From the NCBI GenBank assembly GCA_045595965.1, contig JAZOBN010000008.1:86998-150997 (forward strand): DNA of 64,000 bases, read 5' to 3'. This stretch comes from Candidatus Coprenecus sp. GTDB lineage: Bacteria > Bacteroidota > Bacteroidia > Bacteroidales > UBA932. Made by a program: the position numbers and the translations under genes. The notes beneath the pieces were generated by a model. It saw only the letters and a list, made by a program, of their open reading frames with translations. It ran no database searches and had not been told where the DNA came from. Below are positions 20,579 through 29,228 of this stretch, piece after piece. Every line of letters starts with the position of its first letter. Position 1 is the first letter of the stretch.

Positions 20579-20611
20579 CATAATTGGACAATTATTTAAT
20601 TTTACAATATT

Positions 20612-21817
20612 ATGAACCTTAAATCAGTAATTCTTATCGGAGCATCTGTTTGTATGCTTTCGGTAAATGCTTTTGCACAAAAGAAAAAAGCCCCTAAACA
20701 AGAAGAGCCACAAGGTTATGTATTTACAACTGTTGTGGAAAACCCTGTTACCTCAATCAAAAACCAGAACAATACAGGAACATGCTGGTGTTTCTCTGCC
20801 CTCTCATTCTTTGAGTCTGAGATCATTAAAGCCGGTGGTCCAAAAGATATTGATCTTTCTGAGATGTTTGTTGTATCACACGCATATGCTGACAAAGCTG
20901 AAAAATATGTAAGACTGCACGGTGTTCTCAATTTCGGTCCGGGCAGCTCTTTTGGTGATGCACTTTATGTGATGAAACACTACGGAATCGTTCCAAATTC
21001 TGAAATGACCGGTCTTAACTATGGTACAGAAAACCACGTTCACGGTGAGATGGATGCATTGACCAACGCATATGTTGAAACAGTCGTTAAAAATCCTAAC
21101 AGAAAACTTACTACTGCATGGAAAAAAGGTTTCCAGGGGATTCTTGACGCATATCTTGGTGAAAGACCTGAAACTTTCTTTGTTGATGGTGTAGAGCACG
21201 ATCCTAAGAGTTATATGGCATCTCTCCCTATCAATCTTGACGACTATGTTGACATCGTATCTTGGACACACGTCCCTTATTATGAGGAGACTGTTCAGGA
21301 AGTTCCTGACAACTGGCGTTGGGAGAAAGCATACAATGTCCCACTTGAGGATATGATGGCAATTATTGACAATGCGCTTAACAATGGTTACACCCTTGCA
21401 TGGGCATCCGATGTAAGTGAAAAAGGATTCACCCGTGATGGTATCGGTGTTGTTCCGGATGCTGAAGCTATCAAAAAAGCATCAGGAAGCGATGAAGCCC
21501 GCTGGATAGGTGCAGACCCTCGCAACCCTGCAAAGAGTGTTGCAACCCCCGGTCCAGAGTTGAAGATTACCCCTGAAATGCGTCAGGCAAGTTATGACAA
21601 CTACCAGACTACAGATGACCACGGTATGCACATGTACGGTATCGCAAAAGATCAGAATGGCACCAAATACTACATCATCAAGAACTCTTGGGGTGAGTCT
21701 GGCAAATATAAAGGAATCTGGTACGTATCTGAAGCTTTCGTTCAGTACAAGACCATGGATATCCTTGTAAACAAGAATGCTATTCCACAGGAAATCAGAG
21801 CAAAACTCGGTCTATAA
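20612..21817 (+). CDS. pepC: Aminopeptidase C / bleomycin-hydrolase-like cysteine peptidase (family C1B) with signal peptide, paralogue 1
   Basis: Signal peptide MNLKSVILIGASVCMLSVNAFAQ. Catalytic Cys in NQNNTGTCWCFSA, His in TTDDHGMHMYG, Asn in KNSWG. C-terminal tail KLGL. Confidence 0.85.
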   Translation: MNLKSVILIGASVCMLSVNAFAQKKKAPKQEEPQGYVFTTVVENPVTSIKNQNNTGTCWCFSALSFFESEIIKAGGPKDIDLSEMFVVSHAYADKAEKYVRLHGVLNFGPGSSFGDALYVMKHYGIVPNSEMTGLNYGTENHVHGEMDALTNAYVETVVKNPNRKLTTAWKKGFQGILDAYLGERPETFFVDGVEHDPKSYMASLPINLDDYVDIVSWTHVPYYEETVQEVPDNWRWEKAYNVPLEDMMAIIDNALNNGYTLAWASDVSEKGFTRDGIGVVPDAEAIKKASGSDEARWIGADPRNPAKSVATPGPELKITPEMRQASYDNYQTTDDHGMHMYGIAKDQNGTKYYIIKNSWGESGKYKGIWYVSEAFVQYKTMDILVNKNAIPQEIRAKLGL

Positions 21818-21845
21818 TACTTAACCTTCCATATAGAATAATACC

Positions 21846-22970
21846 ATGAAGTTACGCAACATCGTATTATCCGCTTTAATTACCCTTCCTATGAGCATTT
21901 TTGCTCAGGGAGGGTATGTTTTTTCTACTATAGTGGAGAATAAAGCGACCCCTGTAAAAGATCAGGCACAAACAGGCACCTGCTGGTGCTATGGCACTAC
22001 TTCATTTATCGAATCTGAACTTATCAGAACCGGTAAAGGTGAGCATGACCTCTCAGAAATGTTTACTGTGAGGCATAACTACAACAAGAGGATGTTCGAC
22101 AACTTCCTCAGAAGAGGAAAAGGGAACGTCTATCCCGGGAGCATTGCCCACATGGCAATCAATGTAATGAATGAATTCGGACTTGTCCCTGAAGAGGCTT
22201 ACGATGGAATAAATTACGATTCAGATAAACACAACCACACAGAACTCAGCAAATATGTAAAAGTCCTTTCTGAAGTCACTGTTGACCAGAAAGTCCTTTC
22301 ACCTGAATCACTTGAACTCCAGGAGGCTCTGTTTGACATCTATCTGGGTGAACTTCCCAAGACATTCTCTTACAGAGGGAAAGAGTACACCCCTATTTCT
22401 TTCAAAGAGGAGATGGGTCTCGATTTCTCAGACTATGTTGAACTTACAAGTTTCACCCACCAGCCTTTCTATCAAGCAGTAGAGGTAGAAATACCCGATA
22501 ACTGGGATCATCAGAGAATCTACAATGTTCCCCTTGATGAATTTATGGAGACCATCAACAACTCTTTGGAAAAAGGTTACACATTGGTTTGGGATGGTGA
22601 CTGCAGTGAAGCAGGGTACATATTCTCGAAACAGCTTTGCATAGTTCCACAGGACACTAAGATGACACGCAAAGAACTGGAAGAGGCCGTTGAACAAGGT
22701 ATTGTTCCAGAACAGGAGGTGGATCAGGAGCTCCGTCAGAAATTTTTTGAGACATTCCTCACTGTTGATGACCACCTTGAGCACATAACAGGTATTGTTA
22801 AAGACCAGAATGGGACTCTCTATTACCAGACAAAAAACTCATGGGGTACCGAATCAAATGGTACAGGATACCACAAAATGTCTGAAAACTTTGTAAAAGG
22901 AAAGACAATCTCCATCCTAGTACACAAAGATGGTATTCCAAAGAATATCAGAAAGAAACTCGGTCTATAA
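21846..22970 (+). CDS. pepC: C1B (PepC-like) cysteine peptidase with signal peptide, paralogue 2
   Basis: Signal peptide MKLRNIVLSALITLPMSIFAQ. Catalytic motifs QTGTCWCYG, VDDHLEHITG and KNSWG. Tail KKLGL. Confidence 0.85.
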   Translation: MKLRNIVLSALITLPMSIFAQGGYVFSTIVENKATPVKDQAQTGTCWCYGTTSFIESELIRTGKGEHDLSEMFTVRHNYNKRMFDNFLRRGKGNVYPGSIAHMAINVMNEFGLVPEEAYDGINYDSDKHNHTELSKYVKVLSEVTVDQKVLSPESLELQEALFDIYLGELPKTFSYRGKEYTPISFKEEMGLDFSDYVELTSFTHQPFYQAVEVEIPDNWDHQRIYNVPLDEFMETINNSLEKGYTLVWDGDCSEAGYIFSKQLCIVPQDTKMTRKELEEAVEQGIVPEQEVDQELRQKFFETFLTVDDHLEHITGIVKDQNGTLYYQTKNSWGTESNGTGYHKMSENFVKGKTISILVHKDGIPKNIRKKLGL

Positions 22971-22994
22971 CCAAATAACACAAACTAATCGGCT

Positions 22995-24116
22995 ATGAAA
23001 ATAAAAACTATAGTGATTGGTGCATTTTTAGCACTCTCTTGCTCTCTGATTGCGCAGGAGAGTGTCTATAAATTCACCAAAATAGTGGAAAACCCAGCTA
23101 CCCCTATCAAGGATCAATCAGAAACCGGTACATGCTGGTGTTTCGGTACCACTTCATTTATCGAGTCAGAACTGATCAGGACCGGGAAAGGTGAATTTGA
23201 CCTCTCCGAGATGTTCACAGTACGTCACAACTACAATCACCGTATTTTTGACAACTATCTCCGCAGAGGTAAAGGGAGCATCGTTCAGGGGAGTCTGGGA
23301 CACATGGCAATAAATATGATGGATAGATATGGTCTTGTTCCCGAGTCTGCTTATCACGGCATCAATTACGACTCAGAAAAGCACAACCATGATGAACTGA
23401 GCGCATATATTGAGGCTATCACCTCTGTCAGTGTAGAGAGTGGAATCCTGACCCCTGAAACAAAGAGACTTCAGGAGGCGCTTTTTGATATCTATCTTGG
23501 TAAACTCCCAGAGACATTTGAGTATAATGGAGTAGAGTACACCCCACTTTCATTCAAAGAGTATCTTGGGCTTGACTTCTCAGACTATGTGGATGTTACA
23601 AGTTTTACTCACCATCCCTTCTATCAGAGAATCCAACTGGAACTACCAGACAACTGGGACCATGGGACAATGTACAATGTCCCTATTGAAGAGCTTATCG
23701 AGATTATCGACAATGCTCTTAAAAACGGTTACACCGTAGTTTGGTCCGGTGACATCAGCGAGGCCGGATATGTCCTTGCAAGAGACCTCAGCGTCCTCCC
23801 CAAAGACCCCAAATTGACCAGAAAGCAAATTCTTGAATCTGATGAGATTATCCCCGAGATGGAGGTTACCCAAGAGATCCGTCAGGAACTTTTTGAGACA
23901 TTCCAGACTGTGGATGACCACCTTGAACACATTACAGGCCTTTATACAGACCAGAATGGTGTAAAGTACTATAACACCAAAAACTCATGGGGTCATGAAC
24001 TTACCGATACCGGGTATCACAAGATGTCTGAGAACTATGTAAAAGGGAAAACAATGTGTATCCTTGTGCACAAAAACAGCATCCCTGAAAATATCAGAAA
24101 AAAATTAGGACTATAA
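22995..24116 (+). CDS. pepC: C1B (PepC-like) cysteine peptidase with signal peptide, paralogue 3
   Basis: Signal peptide MKIKTIVIGAFLALSCSLIAQ. Catalytic motifs ETGTCWCFG, VDDHLEHITG and KNSWG. Tail KKLGL. Collinear with paralogue 2 over its whole length. Confidence 0.85.
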   Translation: MKIKTIVIGAFLALSCSLIAQESVYKFTKIVENPATPIKDQSETGTCWCFGTTSFIESELIRTGKGEFDLSEMFTVRHNYNHRIFDNYLRRGKGSIVQGSLGHMAINMMDRYGLVPESAYHGINYDSEKHNHDELSAYIEAITSVSVESGILTPETKRLQEALFDIYLGKLPETFEYNGVEYTPLSFKEYLGLDFSDYVDVTSFTHHPFYQRIQLELPDNWDHGTMYNVPIEELIEIIDNALKNGYTVVWSGDISEAGYVLARDLSVLPKDPKLTRKQILESDEIIPEMEVTQEIRQELFETFQTVDDHLEHITGLYTDQNGVKYYNTKNSWGHELTDTGYHKMSENYVKGKTMCILVHKNSIPENIRKKLGL

Positions 24117-24126
24117 AGAAACAGCT

Positions 24127-24843
24127 ATGAATCCGATCAAACATATACCAAATTCTATTACCTGCCTGAACTTAATCTGTGGTTCAATCTCCATTATTTA
24201 CGCATTCAATGGCGATTTCAGCTCGGCATTCATTATGATGTTGATGGCAGCCGTAATGGACTTCTTCGACGGATTCGCAGCACGACTTCTTAAGGCCTAT
24301 TCGGAAATAGGGAAAGAGCTGGACTCTTTAGCTGACGTTATCAGCTTTGGACTGGCTCCTTCCCTTATCCTTTTCAACTACCTTTCATATAGCGAAACCC
24401 TTCCCCAGTGGGCAATGTATATACCACTGCTAATTGCCCCATTTTCTGCATTAAGGCTCGCAAAATTCAATCTTGACACCCGTCAGACCAGCAGTTTTAT
24501 AGGGCTTCCAACACCTGCAAACGGACTTTTTATCGGTGCGTTGATCAGTTATGCTGCTGGACATAACGAAGGGCTCAATTATGCTCTGCAGAACTCATGG
24601 ACCCTACCAATCATATCTGTAGCATTATCATTTGCACTTGTATGTGAAGTTCCGATGTTTTCGCTGAAACTCAAATCTGTACGCTGGAATGAAAACAAGT
24701 CCCTTTATACATTTGTAATGATTCTTGTTCCATTCATCGTTGCAGCCATAATCACCTCTGTACACATAACAGGAATCATATCTTTCATATTCCTGATGTA
24801 CATCCTATGGAATCTCATCTGCTATCCATTCAACAAAAAATAA
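24127..24843 (+). CDS. pssA: CDP-diacylglycerol--serine O-phosphatidyltransferase
   Basis: The CDP-alcohol phosphatidyltransferase motif appears as DFFDGFAARLLKAYSEIGKELDSLADVISFG. 238 aa multi-TM protein. Confidence 0.85.
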   Translation: MNPIKHIPNSITCLNLICGSISIIYAFNGDFSSAFIMMLMAAVMDFFDGFAARLLKAYSEIGKELDSLADVISFGLAPSLILFNYLSYSETLPQWAMYIPLLIAPFSALRLAKFNLDTRQTSSFIGLPTPANGLFIGALISYAAGHNEGLNYALQNSWTLPIISVALSFALVCEVPMFSLKLKSVRWNENKSLYTFVMILVPFIVAAIITSVHITGIISFIFLMYILWNLICYPFNKK

Positions 24844-24902
24844 GGTGGCCAGAACAATTTAGCCACCCTATTGAATATTTATTCCGTAATTGAAACCGCC
24901 GA

Positions 24903-26567
24903 TTACGAGAACTGTTGTTTCATCATCTCTATCTTGGCATCGGCAGTATCACCCTTTGCACCAAAATAGTATTTGATTTTTGGCTCTGTCCCTGAAGGTC
25001 TCACTGTAACAACTGATCCACCCTCTCCGAAAAATCTCAAAACATTGGATTTGGGTAACCCTGTCTCTTCAGGTTTGTTGTAATCAATAACTTTGACCAC
25101 TTTTTCATCCCCTATCATTGTTGGAGGGGTTGCTCTGAAATCTTTCATCAACTGAGCAATCTGCTCGGCACCATCCTTACCTTTCAAGGTCACCGAAAGA
25201 AGTTTCTCTCTGAAAATACCGAACTCCTGATATATCTTCTGTAGAAGCTGATACAATGTCATACCCTGGTCAGCAGCCCACGCAGCACACTCTGCAATCA
25301 TCTTACATGAGTTTACAGCATCCTTATCTCTAACAAATTCTCCAATATTGAAGCCGTAGCTCTCCTCTCCGCCGCAGATAAACTCTCTCTTACCCTCATT
25401 CTCCCTGACGATTTGTGCTATATACTTGAAGCCGGTAAGAACATCGTAAATCTCAACTCCGAATTTTTTCGCGATCTCCACAAGAAGTTCAGTAGTAACT
25501 ATTGTTTTGACAAGGTAATTTTTAGAGCTCAATTTCCCAAGTTCCTGCCAACGGGTAAGGATATAATAAGTAAGGAGAGATGCTGTCTGATTTCCGTTCA
25601 ATAGGACCATTTTACCATCATTATCTCTCACTGCAATACCCACTCTGTCGCTATCGGGGTCTGTAGCCATAACCAGGTCAGCACCCTCTTTCTCTGCAAG
25701 CTCGACAGCCATCTTCAAAGCAGAAGGCTCTTCCGGATTAGGAGACATCACTGTAGGGAAATTACCATCACTGATCTCCTGCTCTGCCACAGTGAGGATA
25801 TTTGTAAATCCAACCCTTTTCAATGCTGTAGGGACAAGTCTTACACCTGTACCATGAAGAGGTGTGTAAACCATCTTCATATCTGCATGTCTCTGGACAG
25901 ATTCTGGTGACAATGTCAATGAAAGGATAGCTTTCAGATATTTTTCATCCATTTCAGCACCAATCATAGAGATATTAAGGGGAGTACCGTCACCAAACTT
26001 AACCTGTGAAGGATCTGTGATTTTATTTACCTCTGCTATAATGTTAGCATCGTGAGGAGGGGTCACCTGTGCTCCATCCTCCCAGAACACCTTATAGCCA
26101 TTATACTCTTTAGGATTATGTGAAGCAGTAATCATCACACCTGCCTGACATCCAAGTTCCCTGATTGTGTAACTCAACTCGGGAAGAGGTCTGAGGTTAT
26201 CAAAAAGATATACATGAATATCGTTCGCACCCAAGACTTCTGCTGTAATGAGGGCAAATTCCCTGCTGTTATTACGTGAATCAAATGCAATAGCCACATT
26301 TACCTGTTCAAGGGATGCGAAATGTGATTTCAGATAATTTGCAAGCCCCTGGGTAGCCATTCCGACAGTATATTTGTTCATACGGTTGGTACCTACCCCC
26401 ATAATTCCTCTCAAGCCACCTGTTCCAAACTCCAAAGTGCGGTAAAAAGCATCTTCAAGCTCTTTGGGATCGCCACTTTGCAACATTACATTTACTTTTT
26501 GTCTGGTCTCGACATCATAACTCTCGGCAAGCCAAGATTTAGCTACATCTATATAATTCCTTTCCAT
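24903..26567 (-). CDS. Phospho-sugar mutase (phosphoglucomutase/phosphomannomutase family)
   Basis: Active-site loop TASHNPKEYNGYK, Mg loop DPDSDR and sugar loop GGEESYG. Confidence 0.88.
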   Translation of the reverse strand: MERNYIDVAKSWLAESYDVETRQKVNVMLQSGDPKELEDAFYRTLEFGTGGLRGIMGVGTNRMNKYTVGMATQGLANYLKSHFASLEQVNVAIAFDSRNNSREFALITAEVLGANDIHVYLFDNLRPLPELSYTIRELGCQAGVMITASHNPKEYNGYKVFWEDGAQVTPPHDANIIAEVNKITDPSQVKFGDGTPLNISMIGAEMDEKYLKAILSLTLSPESVQRHADMKMVYTPLHGTGVRLVPTALKRVGFTNILTVAEQEISDGNFPTVMSPNPEEPSALKMAVELAEKEGADLVMATDPDSDRVGIAVRDNDGKMVLLNGNQTASLLTYYILTRWQELGKLSSKNYLVKTIVTTELLVEIAKKFGVEIYDVLTGFKYIAQIVRENEGKREFICGGEESYGFNIGEFVRDKDAVNSCKMIAECAAWAADQGMTLYQLLQKIYQEFGIFREKLLSVTLKGKDGAEQIAQLMKDFRATPPTMIGDEKVVKVIDYNKPEETGLPKSNVLRFFGEGGSVVTVRPSGTEPKIKYYFGAKGDTADAKIEMMKQQFS

Positions 26568-26585
26568 ATTGATACTATTATTCTA

Positions 26586-26593
26586 CAAATTTA
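26586..26593 (-). promoter_or_regulatory. -7 promoter box (TAAATTTG) for the phospho-sugar mutase
   Basis: Exact TAnnTTTG on the minus strand, 18 nt upstream of ATG 26567. Confidence 0.4.
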
Positions 26594-26605
26594 AGAGGAA
26601 AGATT

Positions 26606-26613
26606 TATATTTG
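26606..26613 (+). promoter_or_regulatory. -7 promoter box (TATATTTG) for the methyltransferase, implying a leaderless or near-leaderless mRNA
   Basis: Exact TAnnTTTG ending 6 nt before ATG 26620. Confidence 0.4.
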
Positions 26614-26619
26614 CAACCA

Positions 26620-27828
26620 ATGGAAAGCAAAACACTTCAATTTATAATTGAACATGAGGGAGAGGACCACAACAAGATTCTTCTCTCCGCGTCCCGCTAT
26701 CCCGATGTCGATATTCCCACCGCTGCAAGATCGATTGCAGCCAGAAAAAAGATCAAATCAAAGATTCCCACCTTTTACAACGAGCCTTCATTGATCTACC
26801 CTACTACCCTCTCATTGGAGCAATGCAGTTCTGAGGCTACTGCCATATACAAACAGAGTCTTATTCCGCAAGGGTGCAAAGTGGCAGATCTGACAGGGGG
26901 GCTTGGTGTGGATTCCTTCTTCTTTTCGAAAAAAGCAAAGAGTGTGGAGTACTATGAGAGAAACGGGGAGCTTGCCTCTGCCGTAAAAGAAAATTTTGCC
27001 AGTTTAGGTGCATATAACATAAATGTTAACCCCTTTAACATAAATGTTTCTTACATTGACAGCGACCAATTTAACAATTTTGACATAATTTTTCTTGATC
27101 CAGCGAGAAGGGATCGTTCCGGAGGGAGAGTTTTCTCTGTTTCGGACTGTGAACCTAACCTTATTGAACTTGAAAAGCACCTTCTTAACAAAGGGGAAAG
27201 TGTCATAGCAAAGATATCTCCTATGGCAGACCTCTCCCATCTTATCAACACTTTCAGAACCCTCCGGGAGATACATATTGTATCTGTTGACAACGAGTGT
27301 AAAGAGTTGTTGCTGATTCTGAAAAAGGGGGAAAGAGTTGGAGATATAGTGTTGCATTGCGTCAACATTTCCAAGGGTTCCCGACAACATTTCTCATTTA
27401 CACCAGAGGAAGAATCTGCCATCTCCCCTCTCCTTTTCCAGGAGGAGATACTGGAAGATGGGGAAGATTTGTTCCTATACGAGCCGAACCGCTCCATACT
27501 TAAAGCAGGAGCATTCAAGCTTATCTCACACAACTTCAGTTTGTGGAAATTATTCCACAGCACTCACCTTTACCTGAGCAACAAACTGATTGAGTATTTC
27601 CCGGGAAAATGTTTCAGGGTGACAGAACACCGTCAATTCTCAAAAAAGGTTGTATCTGAGTGGAAAAACAGTCACCCATACGCTTCAGTAACAACAAAGA
27701 ACTTCCCCATTTCATCAGAAGACCTTGCAAAAAAACTGGGATGCAAAGAGAGTGATAAATTTCACATATTTGCCTGTCAGGTGTCAGACGGAGAAAAGAA
27801 GATCTTCTTTACCGAAAAAGTGTTTTAG
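26620..27828 (+). CDS. Class I SAM-dependent methyltransferase (RsmD-like core with extra N- and C-terminal domains)
   Basis: I use start MESKTLQFIIEHEG (M18 of the listed ORF). SAM motif I is VADLTGGLGVDSFFFS. Motif IV-like is IIFLDPARRD. Confidence 0.7.
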   Translation: MESKTLQFIIEHEGEDHNKILLSASRYPDVDIPTAARSIAARKKIKSKIPTFYNEPSLIYPTTLSLEQCSSEATAIYKQSLIPQGCKVADLTGGLGVDSFFFSKKAKSVEYYERNGELASAVKENFASLGAYNINVNPFNINVSYIDSDQFNNFDIIFLDPARRDRSGGRVFSVSDCEPNLIELEKHLLNKGESVIAKISPMADLSHLINTFRTLREIHIVSVDNECKELLLILKKGERVGDIVLHCVNISKGSRQHFSFTPEEESAISPLLFQEEILEDGEDLFLYEPNRSILKAGAFKLISHNFSLWKLFHSTHLYLSNKLIEYFPGKCFRVTEHRQFSKKVVSEWKNSHPYASVTTKNFPISSEDLAKKLGCKESDKFHIFACQVSDGEKKIFFTEKVF

Positions 27829-29224
27829 GGAAATTTACTAAATATACCTTCTCCACAGATCGTGTAATCGCTGTATATAGCCACTTCAAGTCATCAGCGC
27901 TCATCTCTTCCTGCCAGAAAGGATTATCGATAAATACACATCTCCACTGCCCTCCCTGAGATTTATGACAAGTAATTGCAGTGGCATATTTTATCTGAAG
28001 GGCATTATAGTACTTATCTTCCCTGACGGCATTGTTTCTCTTTTTCTTGGTAGAAATATGGTCATAGTCTGCATATACACCCTCATAGAGCTCCTGTTGC
28101 TGCTCTTTGGACAATGATGCGCTCTCGGAATATAAAGTATCCAGTATAACCTTTGCTGTAATCTCCACATCATTATAATCTGGGAAACAAAGTGTCGCCT
28201 GAGCAAAACTCAACCCATATCTCTCCTCATATTTCCCTATCCTTACAAGCTCTGCCACATCACCATTTGCTATAAAATCGAGTTCCTCTATCTCTTCAAG
28301 GAACTGGTAACAGTTTTTTACCACCATTATCTTGTCCCCCCTGCACAATCTCTCCTCCTTGGACAACACTGCCGACCTGATTCCTGCATTATATCTGTTT
28401 GCCCTCTTGTTTGAGCGGCACAACACCACAATATCGTCCAATCCATATTTGCCGATAGCATCATCCAGAGTCTCAATCAGATCCCCTCCTGTGATAGATT
28501 CAATATCTGTAAATCCCTCCAGCTCCAACTTCAATGGTGAAACAGCAAAACTATAGGACTCTATCTTCTCCCTTATGATTGTAGCATTATGGAGAATACC
28601 CGACTCCTGAGCCTGCCTGACTACAGTTTTCAACTCTACGAAGTTGTAGTTTCCAAACAGGGAGAGACATTCGGGACTTAATGCCGGACTTATCTCCTCC
28701 ATAACAGGGGGCAATTGGGCATTATCACCTATGAGAATCAACTTGTTGCCGCTACCACTCCTGACATATTGGATCAGATCGAGAAGGAGATTTCCCGAGC
28801 CAAAAGGGGAACCGGGAGAATCTACAGATATGAGGGAGGCCTCATCTACGATGAATACAACATCATGTCCCTTATTTATATCCAGGGTAAATTGTCCTAT
28901 AGCATCGTTCATTGATTTCTGCCTGTAGATTTGTTTATGTATGGTCAAAGCGGGAAATCCTGCATACCCAGCAAGAACCTTTGCTGCCCTCCCTGTAGGG
29001 GCCATCAACTTGAACTTTATCTCAAACTCTTTAAGTGTCTTGACATAGGATGCAATGACGGATGTCTTTCCCGTTCCGGCATAACCGTTGATTACCAGAA
29101 TATCACATTCGTCGCTCTGCATTGTAAAATCTGCAAGTGACTGAAAAAGTGAGTTCTGACATGTAGTGGGCTCAAAATGGAAATTGGAGGAAATTTTTCC
29201 CTTAAAAAAATCTGACACCCCCAT
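27809..29224 (-). CDS. RecD-like / Pif1-like superfamily 1 DNA helicase
   Basis: Walker A INGYAGTGKTS, motif LILIGDNAQLPPV and C-terminal ATAITCHKSQGGQW (UvrD_C_2-like). Confidence 0.8.
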   Translation of the reverse strand: MGVSDFFKGKISSNFHFEPTTCQNSLFQSLADFTMQSDECDILVINGYAGTGKTSVIASYVKTLKEFEIKFKLMAPTGRAAKVLAGYAGFPALTIHKQIYRQKSMNDAIGQFTLDINKGHDVVFIVDEASLISVDSPGSPFGSGNLLLDLIQYVRSGSGNKLILIGDNAQLPPVMEEISPALSPECLSLFGNYNFVELKTVVRQAQESGILHNATIIREKIESYSFAVSPLKLELEGFTDIESITGGDLIETLDDAIGKYGLDDIVVLCRSNKRANRYNAGIRSAVLSKEERLCRGDKIMVVKNCYQFLEEIEELDFIANGDVAELVRIGKYEERYGLSFAQATLCFPDYNDVEITAKVILDTLYSESASLSKEQQQELYEGVYADYDHISTKKKRNNAVREDKYYNALQIKYATAITCHKSQGGQWRCVFIDNPFWQEEMSADDLKWLYTAITRSVEKVYLVNFPKTLFR

Positions 29225-29228
29225 ACCC

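Larger units (their letters stand above)
21846..24116 (+). repeat. Tandem gene duplication (peptidase paralogues 2 and 3)
   Basis: By eye the two proteins align end to end, with roughly two thirds of residues identical. Long identical blocks include SFIESELIRTGKGE, DLSEMFTVRHNYN, LQEALFDIYLG and TVDDHLEHITG. Confidence 0.8.

Noticed and set aside
24844-24867. GGTGGC...GCCACC hairpin between pssA and the phospho-sugar mutase gene, as a terminator
   Set aside because: It has only a 6-bp stem with a 12-nt loop and no adjacent T-tract on either strand. That is too weak to call.
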